Virus record (IMG/VR): IMGVR_UViG_3300042991_000632 | Location: 91,036-148,025 of that record | From: a virus | Taxonomy: Duplodnaviria; Heunggongvirae; Uroviricota; Caudoviricetes | Length of the DNA stretch: 56,990 nucleotides | Direction: 5' to 3' (one strand) | Shown: positions 1 to 9,900 of the stretch, in pieces | Numbering within the stretch: the first letter of the stretch is position 1 | How the letters are laid out: each line of letters starts with the position of its first letter | Position numbers and translations under genes: made by a program | The notes under the pieces: generated by a model | What the model saw: only the letters and a program-made list of their open reading frames with translations | Database searches by the model: none | Told to the model about the DNA's origin: nothing

Positions 1-204
1 TAACAATTTTTGATTCATATTAAATATTGTTGCAAACATTCCAACTAAAAATAAAACAATTGCCGGAATTGCAAAACAATTTCTCACCCATAAATCCTTT
101 TTAACTGTATTGGTTGAGAAATATCTAAATGCAAATCTTATCCAGAAATTTGGTGGATATTTGTCATATGCAGCCAAAAATTGTTCTTTTGTAATTGTAT
201 TCAT
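1..204 (-). CDS. Membrane protein, truncated at left window edge
   Basis: Not in ORF track. ATG at 204 directly follows the TAA of the 1105-aa ORF; open to position 1: MNTITKEQFLAAYDKYPPNFWIRFAFRYF...CFAIPAIVLFLVGMFATIFNMNQKLL, with a hydrophobic segment. Confidence 0.7.
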   Translation of the reverse strand, partial: MNTITKEQFLAAYDKYPPNFWIRFAFRYFSTNTVKKDLWVRNCFAIPAIVLFLVGMFATIFNMNQKLL

Positions 205-3200
205 TTAGAACCCTCTGTTCTTTTTTACATTTTTCGTATCAACAAAGTTATTTGGTTTGTAACCAGTTAAATGTTTCATTTTTTCAAATTGCTCATTTAT
301 TACTGGTTTTGTTTTTAATGCAGCCTCGTTTAAGTTTTGAAGGGGTGATTTAAACCTGTAAACAGTAATGCCATCGGTGTAGAATTTATATTTGTTCAAT
401 ACTTTTGAAACACCTTCCATTATTTCACCCTTATTATCATAAACATTTCCGAGTCCACTTAGATTGATTTCTGAATATTTTTCAGAGTCTTCTTCATTTA
501 CAATTTCAAGAGTTTCATTTAATCTGAAATCAATCAAACATCTCTTACCAAGTGCGCTATAATATCTGCCACTAACAACCGATTCACCAATGCCATCTCT
601 TCTGTTCCACATTGATTTTTCTCTATTGAACTGATCTTTATCAACTTCAGTATCTTCAACTGGTTGTGGGTCTTTATTATACATAGGTGCTTCACTACGC
701 CATACAAGTTTTTTCTGTCTTTCGGCATATAATTTATCGCCCATGTCTGCTTTCATGCGATCTTCAAAACGCTTACCCGGTTCATTATCATAAACTAAAT
801 CTTGCTGACCAAGACGATGCATATCAACATCATTTTGTTCATCATCAGTGCGATTACGTTTAGGTATTTCGTCACCTTTATCGTTGGCTGAATCGCCAAC
901 ATTTTTCAATGCGTTGCCATCAGTTACTTTAAGAACTTTCTTTTCGATATCCTGACCTAATTTTTGTGGATCATCACCAACATCTGTCTGCTGATCTTTC
1001 CATTGAAGTTCTTTTTCAACATCAATGATTTCTTTAGTACCGCTATGTTGTAAATCTTTTTTGAAATTCTTTTCATTTTCTCCACCAAGACGGTCTTTCA
1101 TCACTAATGATGAGGGTTTTTTATCTTCTGCCATAACTTTTAATTTATTATGATGAATTGAAAATGCTTCCAATTCTTTATTTAATTCTTCTAAGAGTCC
1201 CATTTCATTATTATTTACATATAAATAGTCTCCATTTTTAATAAAATCTTCATTCATTCCGCCACTTGCTTGCATACCCATTGGTACACCACTTCCCTGT
1301 TCACCTGCTGGTGTTGGTTTGTTTGACATCGAAGTACCATTGTTTTGTATCATTGTTTGTGTATCTTCTTTAATTCTACCAAATATTTGTTTATATAATC
1401 CTTCAGCATATGCCCTTAATTTATGTGTAGATGCACTACTTAATTGTGTATTGACAAAATCAACATTATCATCTCTCATATCTGCTTCAATATTGGCTGT
1501 CATCATTATTGGATATTTTTGTCTTAAATAACCTAACATAAATTCCATCGGAGAAACTTTTATTGTTGAACTAAAAATACTCTCTTTTATGTTTGACGCA
1601 TTTAATTTATTTTGTTCGGGAGTCATAGTTAATTTTTCATCAACCTTTTCAGGTAAATCTTCATGTTTGGTTGATGCAAAATCTTCAACATCATCAGGAT
1701 TTACTGTTTTAGCAATCTTCTTAACAGCACCGCCAACTTTACTTGGACTCAATTCACCCTTTTGAACAGCATGCGCCATACCGAATAAACGTTGCTGTGC
1801 TTTTGATGTTGCTTTTTCATTAACCATTTCGTTTAATTGTCTACCATTTTCAAAACTTATAACGGTTTTATCAGCATCATACCAATCAGAAACAGCATAA
1901 TTATTATGGGAGATTTGGTTTACGTGTTGTGCTACACCCTCTTCCTTGCTGATTCTTTGTGCTTCTGCTTTTACTTTCTCAAGATTATTTTTTGATTGTG
2001 AATTTTCATCGAGATCGAAATTAAATGGCATATCTTCGTTTGAAATTCTATCATTAACTGCTTCTTTTACAGCAGCCATGAAATCTTCATATGTCATCCC
2101 ACCGTTTTCATCAATGTAGTCCCACATGGAATTTGTGTCGCTTAAATCATCCCAACCTAAACCAACTTTATTTGATATTAATTTGTTTGCAACACCAATC
2201 GCCATTTTATGTAAAACTTCCCCGGCAAATAACGGAACATCTTCTTTGGTCATATTTCTACCAACAGATTGTTTCCATGCCATAAATTGTTCTTTTGTCT
2301 TTATCTTGCCAACATTTGCTTGTTCTGCAACATTAAAATTAGGTCTGTCCATTTGACCAGTTTTTATGGTATCCATTTGAACTTTTTTATCGTTACCATT
2401 CCAACTTTTTACAGTATCACTACTGAACGCTGCTGTTTTATCAATAATTTCGTTATCCATATTCTCAGCAAATTTTTCAAACCCAGATGGGTCGGTTAAA
2501 TAATTGGTTTCAGCAATTATTGTTCCACCGGGAAATATTGGTTTTCTCATAACTTTAGATTTTCCTTTTGATTTCATTAAATCTCCGCTACCCCAAGCAG
2601 CAGGACCGGCATAACCAACATAACTTTGTGAACCAGCAGCACTTCCAGCAGATGTTGTTTCATCAACCTTTTTATCATATCCTAATGGAGCAGCATATCC
2701 AACATAACCTGCAGCACCACCAGCACCGCCAGCACTTGTGGTTTCATTTGCTTGATTAATAACATCAAGTTCATAACCAATTTGATTTTCAAGTTCTGCT
2801 TTAAGATCAGCATATTCTTCTGGTGTTGCGGGTCTACTTTCTTCAGCATATTCGGGATGACATGATGAATGTTGTCCTATATGTGAATAACAATCACGAT
2901 ATTCACCATTATGTATATTATCCGGGAAATACGCAAATAAATCTGGATTTTCCGGGTCTTTTTCGTTAACCAAAAATTGAACTTTTGTTACTTCTTCATT
3001 AAGTTGATTTGATTTTTTATCTTGTTTTGGCAAACCAGATGGATCAAGTTTTTTTGGTTTAAATGTTGGATTTGTTTTTTTCATGGTTTCTTCTCCCGCT
3101 TTTTTTGCTTGATTTATGCCACTTTTATCTCTTCTTTTCTTTTCTTTTGGAATTGCCATTTTATATTTCTGTAAATATTTTGGACTATTAAGGACATAAT

Positions 3201-3522
3201 CATTAAATATCATATTCATAATGGTTTCATTATAATGATAACCATATTTTTCTTCACCATTTACTGACATTTCATCATAAACGGCTCTTAATTTCGGATC
3301 GGCAAATACCAATGCTTCCATTTTTGGAAGACTAAATATTTTCTTTTTTAATGAAAATTCTGCTTCTGACAGCATACCATCGATTTCATTTAATCTAATA
3401 TTCGGTGCAACTTGCGGTGCTTGACGAAGCATAGTCTTTTTAAAATTTTTCTCAAAATTTTTAGACTGATCGTTAACAGGCTTTTTCACTGTCGGTTTAA
3501 ATATTTGTTCTTCTTTAATCAT
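205..3522 (-). CDS. 1105-aa mosaic protein with DUF3008-like module; putative head/internal protein
   Basis: SKAQQRLFGMAHAVQKGE...VEDFASTKHEDLPEKV resembles DUF3008; duplicated ETTSAG..YVGYAxP motif; many LNE/VNE/IKE motifs. Confidence 0.6.
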   Translation of the reverse strand: MIKEEQIFKPTVKKPVNDQSKNFEKNFKKTMLRQAPQVAPNIRLNEIDGMLSEAEFSLKKKIFSLPKMEALVFADPKLRAVYDEMSVNGEEKYGYHYNETIMNMIFNDYVLNSPKYLQKYKMAIPKEKKRRDKSGINQAKKAGEETMKKTNPTFKPKKLDPSGLPKQDKKSNQLNEEVTKVQFLVNEKDPENPDLFAYFPDNIHNGEYRDCYSHIGQHSSCHPEYAEESRPATPEEYADLKAELENQIGYELDVINQANETTSAGGAGGAAGYVGYAAPLGYDKKVDETTSAGSAAGSQSYVGYAGPAAWGSGDLMKSKGKSKVMRKPIFPGGTIIAETNYLTDPSGFEKFAENMDNEIIDKTAAFSSDTVKSWNGNDKKVQMDTIKTGQMDRPNFNVAEQANVGKIKTKEQFMAWKQSVGRNMTKEDVPLFAGEVLHKMAIGVANKLISNKVGLGWDDLSDTNSMWDYIDENGGMTYEDFMAAVKEAVNDRISNEDMPFNFDLDENSQSKNNLEKVKAEAQRISKEEGVAQHVNQISHNNYAVSDWYDADKTVISFENGRQLNEMVNEKATSKAQQRLFGMAHAVQKGELSPSKVGGAVKKIAKTVNPDDVEDFASTKHEDLPEKVDEKLTMTPEQNKLNASNIKESIFSSTIKVSPMEFMLGYLRQKYPIMMTANIEADMRDDNVDFVNTQLSSASTHKLRAYAEGLYKQIFGRIKEDTQTMIQNNGTSMSNKPTPAGEQGSGVPMGMQASGGMNEDFIKNGDYLYVNNNEMGLLEELNKELEAFSIHHNKLKVMAEDKKPSSLVMKDRLGGENEKNFKKDLQHSGTKEIIDVEKELQWKDQQTDVGDDPQKLGQDIEKKVLKVTDGNALKNVGDSANDKGDEIPKRNRTDDEQNDVDMHRLGQQDLVYDNEPGKRFEDRMKADMGDKLYAERQKKLVWRSEAPMYNKDPQPVEDTEVDKDQFNREKSMWNRRDGIGESVVSGRYYSALGKRCLIDFRLNETLEIVNEEDSEKYSEINLSGLGNVYDNKGEIMEGVSKVLNKYKFYTDGITVYRFKSPLQNLNEAALKTKPVINEQFEKMKHLTGYKPNNFVDTKNVKKNRGF

Positions 3523-3728
3523 TACTTAATATCAGTTTTCCAAAAATCTTTCTTTTGCCATAATACTTTATACACAGAATCAAACGCATTTCTAATAATA
3601 TCAACCAATTCTGCTCTTGATTGGCTGTTAGAATTACGTAAGATTTTTTTAACTTCTTTATCTAAAGAATCGTTAACGAATTTACTGATTTCATCCTTAA
3701 CTATTTCCTTAATATCGTTCTTATCCAT
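3522..3728 (-). CDS. Small hypothetical protein (68 aa)
   Basis: Stop overlaps start of next ORF; upstream GTATTTATA motif. Confidence 0.75.
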   Translation of the reverse strand: MDKNDIKEIVKDEISKFVNDSLDKEVKKILRNSNSQSRAELVDIIRNAFDSVYKVLWQKKDFWKTDIK

Positions 3729-3747
3729 ATTATGTGTATCTGTTGTT

Positions 3748-3756
3748 TATAAATAC
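3748..3756 (-). promoter_or_regulatory. Putative phage late promoter motif GTATTTATA
   Basis: tataaatac on + strand, 20 nt upstream of ATG 3728; motif recurs before many genes. Confidence 0.65.
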
Positions 3757-3786
3757 TTAGATAACATAAAAAAACGATATTAAAGA

Positions 3787-3820
3787 AAAGAACGCATAAT
3801 ATATTACCCATGCGTTCTTT
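3787..3820 (-). terminator. Putative intrinsic terminator
   Basis: Inverted repeat aaagaacgcat / atgcgttcttt with T-rich tail on minus strand, downstream of ORF 3868-4416. Confidence 0.65.
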
Positions 3821-3867
3821 CAACATACAAAAATGTTCCTCACCAATAATTATGTTGTTTCCTTATT

Positions 3868-4416
3868 TTATTCTACGTTAGTTGTTGTTGGTTTTTCTTC
3901 GGATTTTTCCATTGTCGGCTCATTACCCAATATATTGTTTCTCCAATACTTATAGAATAAATCATAATATGATTCAACTCTTTTAATGATCACATCATTT
4001 TCTGGATTATCTGGTGAGAAATCTTCAACATAATTGAATTCAACGCCACTTGTTTTTTCATCGGGTGTTACCGTATATATAAATTGAATGACACCATCAA
4101 TCGTACCACCCCAAAATACTAAACTATCGTAAACTTCCAGATCAATAAATTTAACATTTACATTTAAGTCCCTGAAAAAATTATTAAATCTTTCTTCCTC
4201 TTTGCCTTGGTCATAAACGTTTTTTTTGTTTTCTGCTTTTTTTTTATCTTCCACATCAACCTGTTCATTCAAGTTACGTGTGATTTTGAGCATATCACGT
4301 ATAGTTAATGCTTTCTTGGGTTTCTCTTCTTTTGCTTCTTTTGCTTCCATAACATAACCCTCACGCATTCTGCGCAATAAAATTCTCATTTGATTTGGTG
4401 TGGATTTATCGTTCAT
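3868..4416 (-). CDS. Hypothetical protein (182 aa)
   Basis: ATG-start ORF with upstream late-type motif; no family recognised. Confidence 0.75.
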   Translation of the reverse strand: MNDKSTPNQMRILLRRMREGYVMEAKEAKEEKPKKALTIRDMLKITRNLNEQVDVEDKKKAENKKNVYDQGKEEERFNNFFRDLNVNVKFIDLEVYDSLVFWGGTIDGVIQFIYTVTPDEKTSGVEFNYVEDFSPDNPENDVIIKRVESYYDLFYKYWRNNILGNEPTMEKSEEKPTTTNVE

Positions 4417-4429
4417 TTTAATAATTTAA

Positions 4430-4438
4430 TATAAATAC
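4430..4438 (-). promoter_or_regulatory. Putative late promoter motif
   Basis: tataaatac upstream of ATG 4416. Confidence 0.65.
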
Positions 4439-4440
4439 TT

Positions 4441-5100
4441 TTAATCTGCAGAATCTTTGGGTTCAGTTAATTTTGTTTCCCTGTTGTCATCGTCAAGCAT
4501 CTCATGTCTTTCATTAATCACCTTTTCGAGCAATTTTGCGAGCCATTCCCATGCTTTGCGCTTATCACCATCGGTTATTCGAAGTTCTTTATCCTGTTCC
4601 TTGCTCATCTCACTATTTTGATAAGCATACCATTCAGACTTATCGTCTTTACTACCCTTTTGCAACTTATTACCCGCTTCATTTGGTGGAATAATAACAT
4701 AAGAACTCGATAAGCCACCAGCTTTTTTCTTTTCTAAATCCCAGACATATTCTACTTCACGTCCTTTACCAAAACGCACAATACCATAGTCATGAGTAAA
4801 TTCAAGTCTAAAATAAAGTACAGGAATTTCCCAATCACCCCCTGCACTAAATAATTCGGCATTGATTTCATATTTAATTGGTTGGTCTTTTCTGAGATTT
4901 TTCTTTACAAAAAATCTTTTCTTCTGACCAGTACTATCATCGTTCTCAAAATCAAAATGAATTTTTTGGAAGTCCTGCGCATTATGCTTCGGGTCACTCC
5001 ACGTATCTTCTGTAATAGAGTGATAATCAAAGATTTCTTCGTCTTTGTTTTTCGTTATTGCCGAAATTTCTTCTTTAATTATTTGAATTAATCTGTTCAT
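4441..5100 (-). CDS. Hypothetical protein (219 aa)
   Basis: N-terminal LIQIIKEEI motif; no family recognised. Confidence 0.75.
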   Translation of the reverse strand: MNRLIQIIKEEISAITKNKDEEIFDYHSITEDTWSDPKHNAQDFQKIHFDFENDDSTGQKKRFFVKKNLRKDQPIKYEINAELFSAGGDWEIPVLYFRLEFTHDYGIVRFGKGREVEYVWDLEKKKAGGLSSSYVIIPPNEAGNKLQKGSKDDKSEWYAYQNSEMSKEQDKELRITDGDKRKAWEWLAKLLEKVINERHEMLDDDNRETKLTEPKDSAD

Positions 5101-5105
5101 GTTTA

Positions 5106-5114
5106 TATAAATAC
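5106..5114 (-). promoter_or_regulatory. Putative late promoter motif
   Basis: tataaatac upstream of ATG 5100. Confidence 0.6.
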
Positions 5115-5735
5115 CTATTCACTATCAGTTTCGCCCTTTAACATTGCATTAAATTTCTCAATATCGAACAATGGATTAATGTCACTGCTGTCTTCAACAT
5201 AGTTACTTCTAAATAAAATTCCTCTAAATCTTGAGATATCCTTATGATAATGATGAAAATCAATACAGGCTTTGGGTATTTGATGCTTTTCACATAAATC
5301 TCTGCAGAGCAAAACCAAACTTTCAATTTGTTCATCATTAAATATTTCCCAATAACTATACCCTAACCAATTTTTCACAACAACTCTTTCTTCCGGGCAT
5401 GTTTCATTTAACCAATTGATGTATTTTCCATCTGGTGCTTTGAACAGATAACCCATATTCTCTAAGACTATTGATATTGATTGTTTATCACCTTCTTTAA
5501 TACCAAGAAAATCACTATGAAATTTAGTATCAAAATGTTGAAAAACAATACCGTCTCTGGAAATTGTGAAAGTGTTCCACTTTTTAGTTTTACCAAATTC
5601 TTTATGTAATAATCTGGTGATGTGATAACTATTTTTTCTCATGCTTGATGCAAGCACTATTTGGGTTTTAACACTTTGTGTTTTATGACGATTAATATCT
5701 TTTACAACATATGTGGTGTTATCAATTTCCATCAT
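5115..5735 (-). CDS. N-acetylmuramoyl-L-alanine amidase-like protein (Amidase_2 fold), zinc ligands apparently lost
   Basis: KTQIVLASS..FTISRDGIVFQHFD..KQSISIVLEN..EQIESLVLLCRDLCEKH..GILFRSN..DINP follows the amidase_2 pattern, but the usual His positions read ASS and FRS. Confidence 0.6.
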   Translation of the reverse strand: MMEIDNTTYVVKDINRHKTQSVKTQIVLASSMRKNSYHITRLLHKEFGKTKKWNTFTISRDGIVFQHFDTKFHSDFLGIKEGDKQSISIVLENMGYLFKAPDGKYINWLNETCPEERVVVKNWLGYSYWEIFNDEQIESLVLLCRDLCEKHQIPKACIDFHHYHKDISRFRGILFRSNYVEDSSDINPLFDIEKFNAMLKGETDSE

Positions 5736-5744
5736 TAATACATA

Positions 5745-6257
5745 CTAAAACGAATGTGAAAGTGTTATTAATGGCATGAATTTACCGTCAATATATCCAA
5801 CACCACCACCAATAAGTTTATTAAATATATCGGCAGTAATTGCACCACCAATTTTAACACCTTGAACATCACCAAACTTATATGATGATATTAATAATGC
5901 ATTTACTGAATATTCACAATATGCTTGATTATCTGCAGAAAATTTACCATACGATATCCCAACTCCGGCAATTTCAAGTGATTTAATAACTGCTGGTTTT
6001 TCATAAAAATCAATTGCAGCAAATGAGAGCATAAATGTTGGTCTAAAAAACATATATGCATCCGGTTTAACAATAATGCTATCGGGATTAAAACCATATT
6101 TTTCCATACGATTAAAATTTTCGACCTTAATTTCACTCAAGTCTTCAGCAACTACATGCTTAACTGGTTTAATAAAACCACGCCAAGGACTCTGCTGGGC
6201 GTTCAGCGATACCACAAAACATAGTAATGTGAATATCAATAAGATTCTTTTTTTCAT
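5745..6257 (-). CDS. Secreted, probable outer-membrane beta-barrel protein
   Basis: Start moved to second Met (6257): MKKRILLIFTLLCFVVSLNA|QQ signal peptide; Gly/aromatic alternating strands; C-terminal Phe (ITLSHSF). Confidence 0.6.
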   Translation of the reverse strand: MKKRILLIFTLLCFVVSLNAQQSPWRGFIKPVKHVVAEDLSEIKVENFNRMEKYGFNPDSIIVKPDAYMFFRPTFMLSFAAIDFYEKPAVIKSLEIAGVGISYGKFSADNQAYCEYSVNALLISSYKFGDVQGVKIGGAITADIFNKLIGGGVGYIDGKFMPLITLSHSF

Positions 6258-6267
6258 ATTTTTAATT

Positions 6268-6732
6268 TTATCTATGTGCTTCATAATTCATATATATAAC
6301 TTCAACCCCACCTTCCTGAAAAATAACCAACGCTCTTTTGAACGCTTCACCGAATTTGGGGTCAGTAAAATCCGGTTCTTTGTCAACAAAAACTCTTTTT
6401 ATACCTGCTTGTACAATAAATCCGGCACAAGTATCACATGGGAAAAGATTAACGTAAATATCACTGTTTAGTGTGCTTTTACCCTGCCTTGCTGCATTGA
6501 TAATCGCATTGGCTTCAGCATGAATAAACCAATGATACTTTTCAGGTCTCTCATGTCTTGCATCAATATCATCGTTACATCCTCTTGGCATACCGTTAAA
6601 GCCAGTTGATATCAGTTCCCTGTCTCTGACAATAGCAGCACCAATTTTTCTTGAACGATCTTTACTCCATTGAGCAACTTCCAAATCTGCAATTCTCATG
6701 AATCGCAAGTCCCATTTTGTAATTTCAGTCAT
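6268..6732 (-). CDS. dCMP deaminase
   Basis: HAEANAI and PCDTC zinc motifs; GFNG motif. Confidence 0.92.
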   Translation of the reverse strand: MTEITKWDLRFMRIADLEVAQWSKDRSRKIGAAIVRDRELISTGFNGMPRGCNDDIDARHERPEKYHWFIHAEANAIINAARQGKSTLNSDIYVNLFPCDTCAGFIVQAGIKRVFVDKEPDFTDPKFGEAFKRALVIFQEGGVEVIYMNYEAHR

Positions 6733-6739
6733 AATAATT

Positions 6740-6931
6740 TTATCTTAAATCCCACAAACCGCTTCGTTTTAATTCTCTTGCTTTCTGTATTAATTTCACT
6801 AATTTATCATAGTCAAATCCATCAACCATGAATGGATAATCTGCTTCAACCAAATCAGATTCAGCAAGTTTATCAACAATCCTCAAAGCATCTTTAATTA
6901 TTTTTGCTTTTTCCTTATTTAAATCACCCAT
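6740..6931 (-). CDS. Small hypothetical protein (63 aa)
   Basis: Fills gap between genes; upstream late-type motif. Confidence 0.7.
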   Translation of the reverse strand: MGDLNKEKAKIIKDALRIVDKLAESDLVEADYPFMVDGFDYDKLVKLIQKARELKRSGLWDLR

Positions 6932-6950
6932 GTTAATTATGTTTACTTAC

Positions 6951-6959
6951 AATAAATAC
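6951..6959 (-). promoter_or_regulatory. Putative late promoter motif
   Basis: aataaatac upstream of ATG 6931. Confidence 0.6.
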
Positions 6960-6960
6960 T

Positions 6961-9900
6961 TTATTCAACTGATAGTGTTGAAATACCATTATCACCCAAT
7001 GTTACGTTAATCAAATAGTCAGGATTGATCTCATGATTATGTTCAATGATTAATACCTTCTTAACATTTGATTTAATCATTTGAAGAATTTCAATAAATT
7101 CCTCAACACTGTTTTCATCCAGTTTACCCATGACTTCATCGAGTAGGAAAATCGTTGGTTTTGCCTTCACATTGATTTGGTTTAACGCAAATTTTAATAC
7201 AACACTTGCAAAAGTTCTTTCTTTACCACTGGCACTAATACAATCAATAATTGATGCTGGTCTATCATTATACGTCAATTTTGGTTTTAAATCGTCCTGA
7301 TCAAGCCATACCTTAAACGGTGCAACTGTTAGAATGTTCTGCAACGTAATATTGATTTTAGGTATTATGTAGTTGGCTAACATCTGTCTTGGAATACCAT
7401 CACGATGAACGCATTTCTTATAAAGAATCATAACTAAATCACGATGTTCTTGTGCCTTAAAATCTTCAATCAATTTATTGTTGGCTGTTATTCTTGCTTC
7501 CTTTTCAATAACGCTTGATTTCTTTATAAGAATGGTTTCTTTTTTTGTTGATTCTTCGGCTTCAAGTTCGGTTATTTTCAGTTTTGCTGCCGTAATGCCC
7601 TTTTCAATTTTTTGATTTTCTTCAATTTGTTTTAAACTGTTCTCATGATTATCAATTTTCTGTTGAAGAATATTAATCTTTAATTGTTCATTTTGAACTA
7701 AAGTTGGTATCTGATTTAATTCAGTTTGAAGTTCTTTACGCTTTTCAACATCATTCTTGTCATTAGTTAAGTCTCCGATTTCTTTCTGCACAGATTCCAT
7801 CTCAAGTGCAGCATCCTCAATCAGTATCTTTATTTTACCAATTTCAAGTTTTTTCTCATCAATAGTACGCTGATGTTCAGCCTTATTAACAGTCTCCTTA
7901 ATGTTAATCTTATTGGCAATTGCAAACATTTCTTTCTCTTTTTCACCAATAATTTTGGCAATATGATCAATATGTTCCTGCTTCTTTATTTCCTGACCAC
8001 ACTGACTACAAACCTTACTATTCTTTGCTTCCTGAATTTCTTTTTTTAGTTTAGCACCATCTTCTTTTAGTTTAAAAATATCACCATTGATAATTTCAAT
8101 TGCATGTTCTTCATCACGCACAACTTGTTCAATGTTTTTGATTTTTAATTTTTCATTGTATTCATTGGTTTTATGGTCATCCTTTTTTTGAATTAATTCA
8201 TTTAACCTTGCTTCGTCATATGTCTGTTTCAATGGTATGATACTTTGATCTAAAACCGATTTTCGTGCGTTATAATCAGTTATGTTCTTCTTATGATCAT
8301 CTATGTCACCCTGAACCTTATTAACGTCCAGAGAGTAGATTTCGGGGTCTATTTTGAATAATTTCTTTGTTAGTGTTTCAACATAATCTCTGCCGATCTT
8401 TAATCGGTTCTGTGTGTCGGGAAGACTCACAGTTTCGATTTCTTTAATTTCAACATCAAGAATGCGTATCTCATCATTTAATGTTGTATTCTGCAGTGTT
8501 GTTGCTTCAATATTACATGTGATTCTACTTAAATCATTAACCTTTTTCTGATATGCCTTTAACCCTTCAAGTTTTTTATCGAAAATATCCAAACCGCTAT
8601 CAAATAAAAGTGAATCAACAAACACTGCCATATCATTTGATAATATTCTGTTTAGTGTATCAGATGTTGTCATAACAATACGCATGAAGTTATCATATGA
8701 TCCAATGATTGCCTCAATTCTTTTTTGTGTTTTATTTCTTCTATCTTCATCAAGTTTTTCGAGTGATGTTTCATCGTTCATTTCATCATCCGGTGTTGGA
8801 AGAAGATAGTAACTTAATGTAGTTGGTGCACCATTAACTTCACCACTCCTTGTCTTGGTGATTTCAGTTCTTTTCTTTATTCCATAGTATTCACCATTTG
8901 CTTCCAATACAAGATATCCTTCGCAGAAAGTTGCACCATTTCGATTATTAACAAAACGAATATCACCATATTTCATTCTGGTCTCAGTTTCCAGTGTTTT
9001 GCCGAAAAGAATATATGATATGAGTTTCATGATTGTTGTTTTCCCGGCAGTATTCATCCCGGTTATCTGAAACAAACCATCCATATCACGCCAATCAACA
9101 TCTAATTCGGCATATGACATGAAATTTTTTCCACCGAATTTAATAATATTCCATTCAACACTTGCCTCATTCTCAATTTCAACCTCTTTTAATATTTCCT
9201 CATCAAGCAATAGAATATCGTTAATTATTTTTTCTTCAGTTCCAATTTTTTCCAAATATTCTTTGAAAATTTCATGTTGAACAGTATTTTCACTTATATT
9301 TTGTAATGTTATATCCTCATTTACTTCTAATTTTTCACTTTCGATAAATTCATTTTTATGTGAAATAACTATGTTTCCGTATTTTGTTTTAACATATTCA
9401 ATCACCTTTCTTTCATTATCTTTTGTTCTGGTTTGTGGTAATGTGCCCCAGACAAATCTTATCCTCATAAATTTAGTTGGATTTTCTATTTCAAAATCCA
9501 AGTCATCAAAGTCGGTATATGGTGTGATACGAACATTTTTAAATGAATATTCATTTTCGATTGGTATTAGTTCAGCGACTTTATTTTCAACATCCCAAAG
9601 CATGTAACCATGAAAATTATCATCACCCTCAGTAACATCTTGTGCTATCAACGAACCACAATATGCCTTAGTCATTTCCTTGTCTAAGAATTGCATGCGG
9701 TGTATGTCGCCAAACATTGAAATATCACCTTTGAAATCACTTATTTTATAAAGTGATTTACTTTTCATATCAAATCCGGTTGTGGTTTTACAACCATTTA
9801 CGGGGTCGTGAAATAAATCAATAGCAATATAATCACCATTGATTTTCAGTTTCTCATATATCTTTCCTTCTTTTGTCTTCCAAGGATTATTTTTTGGTTC

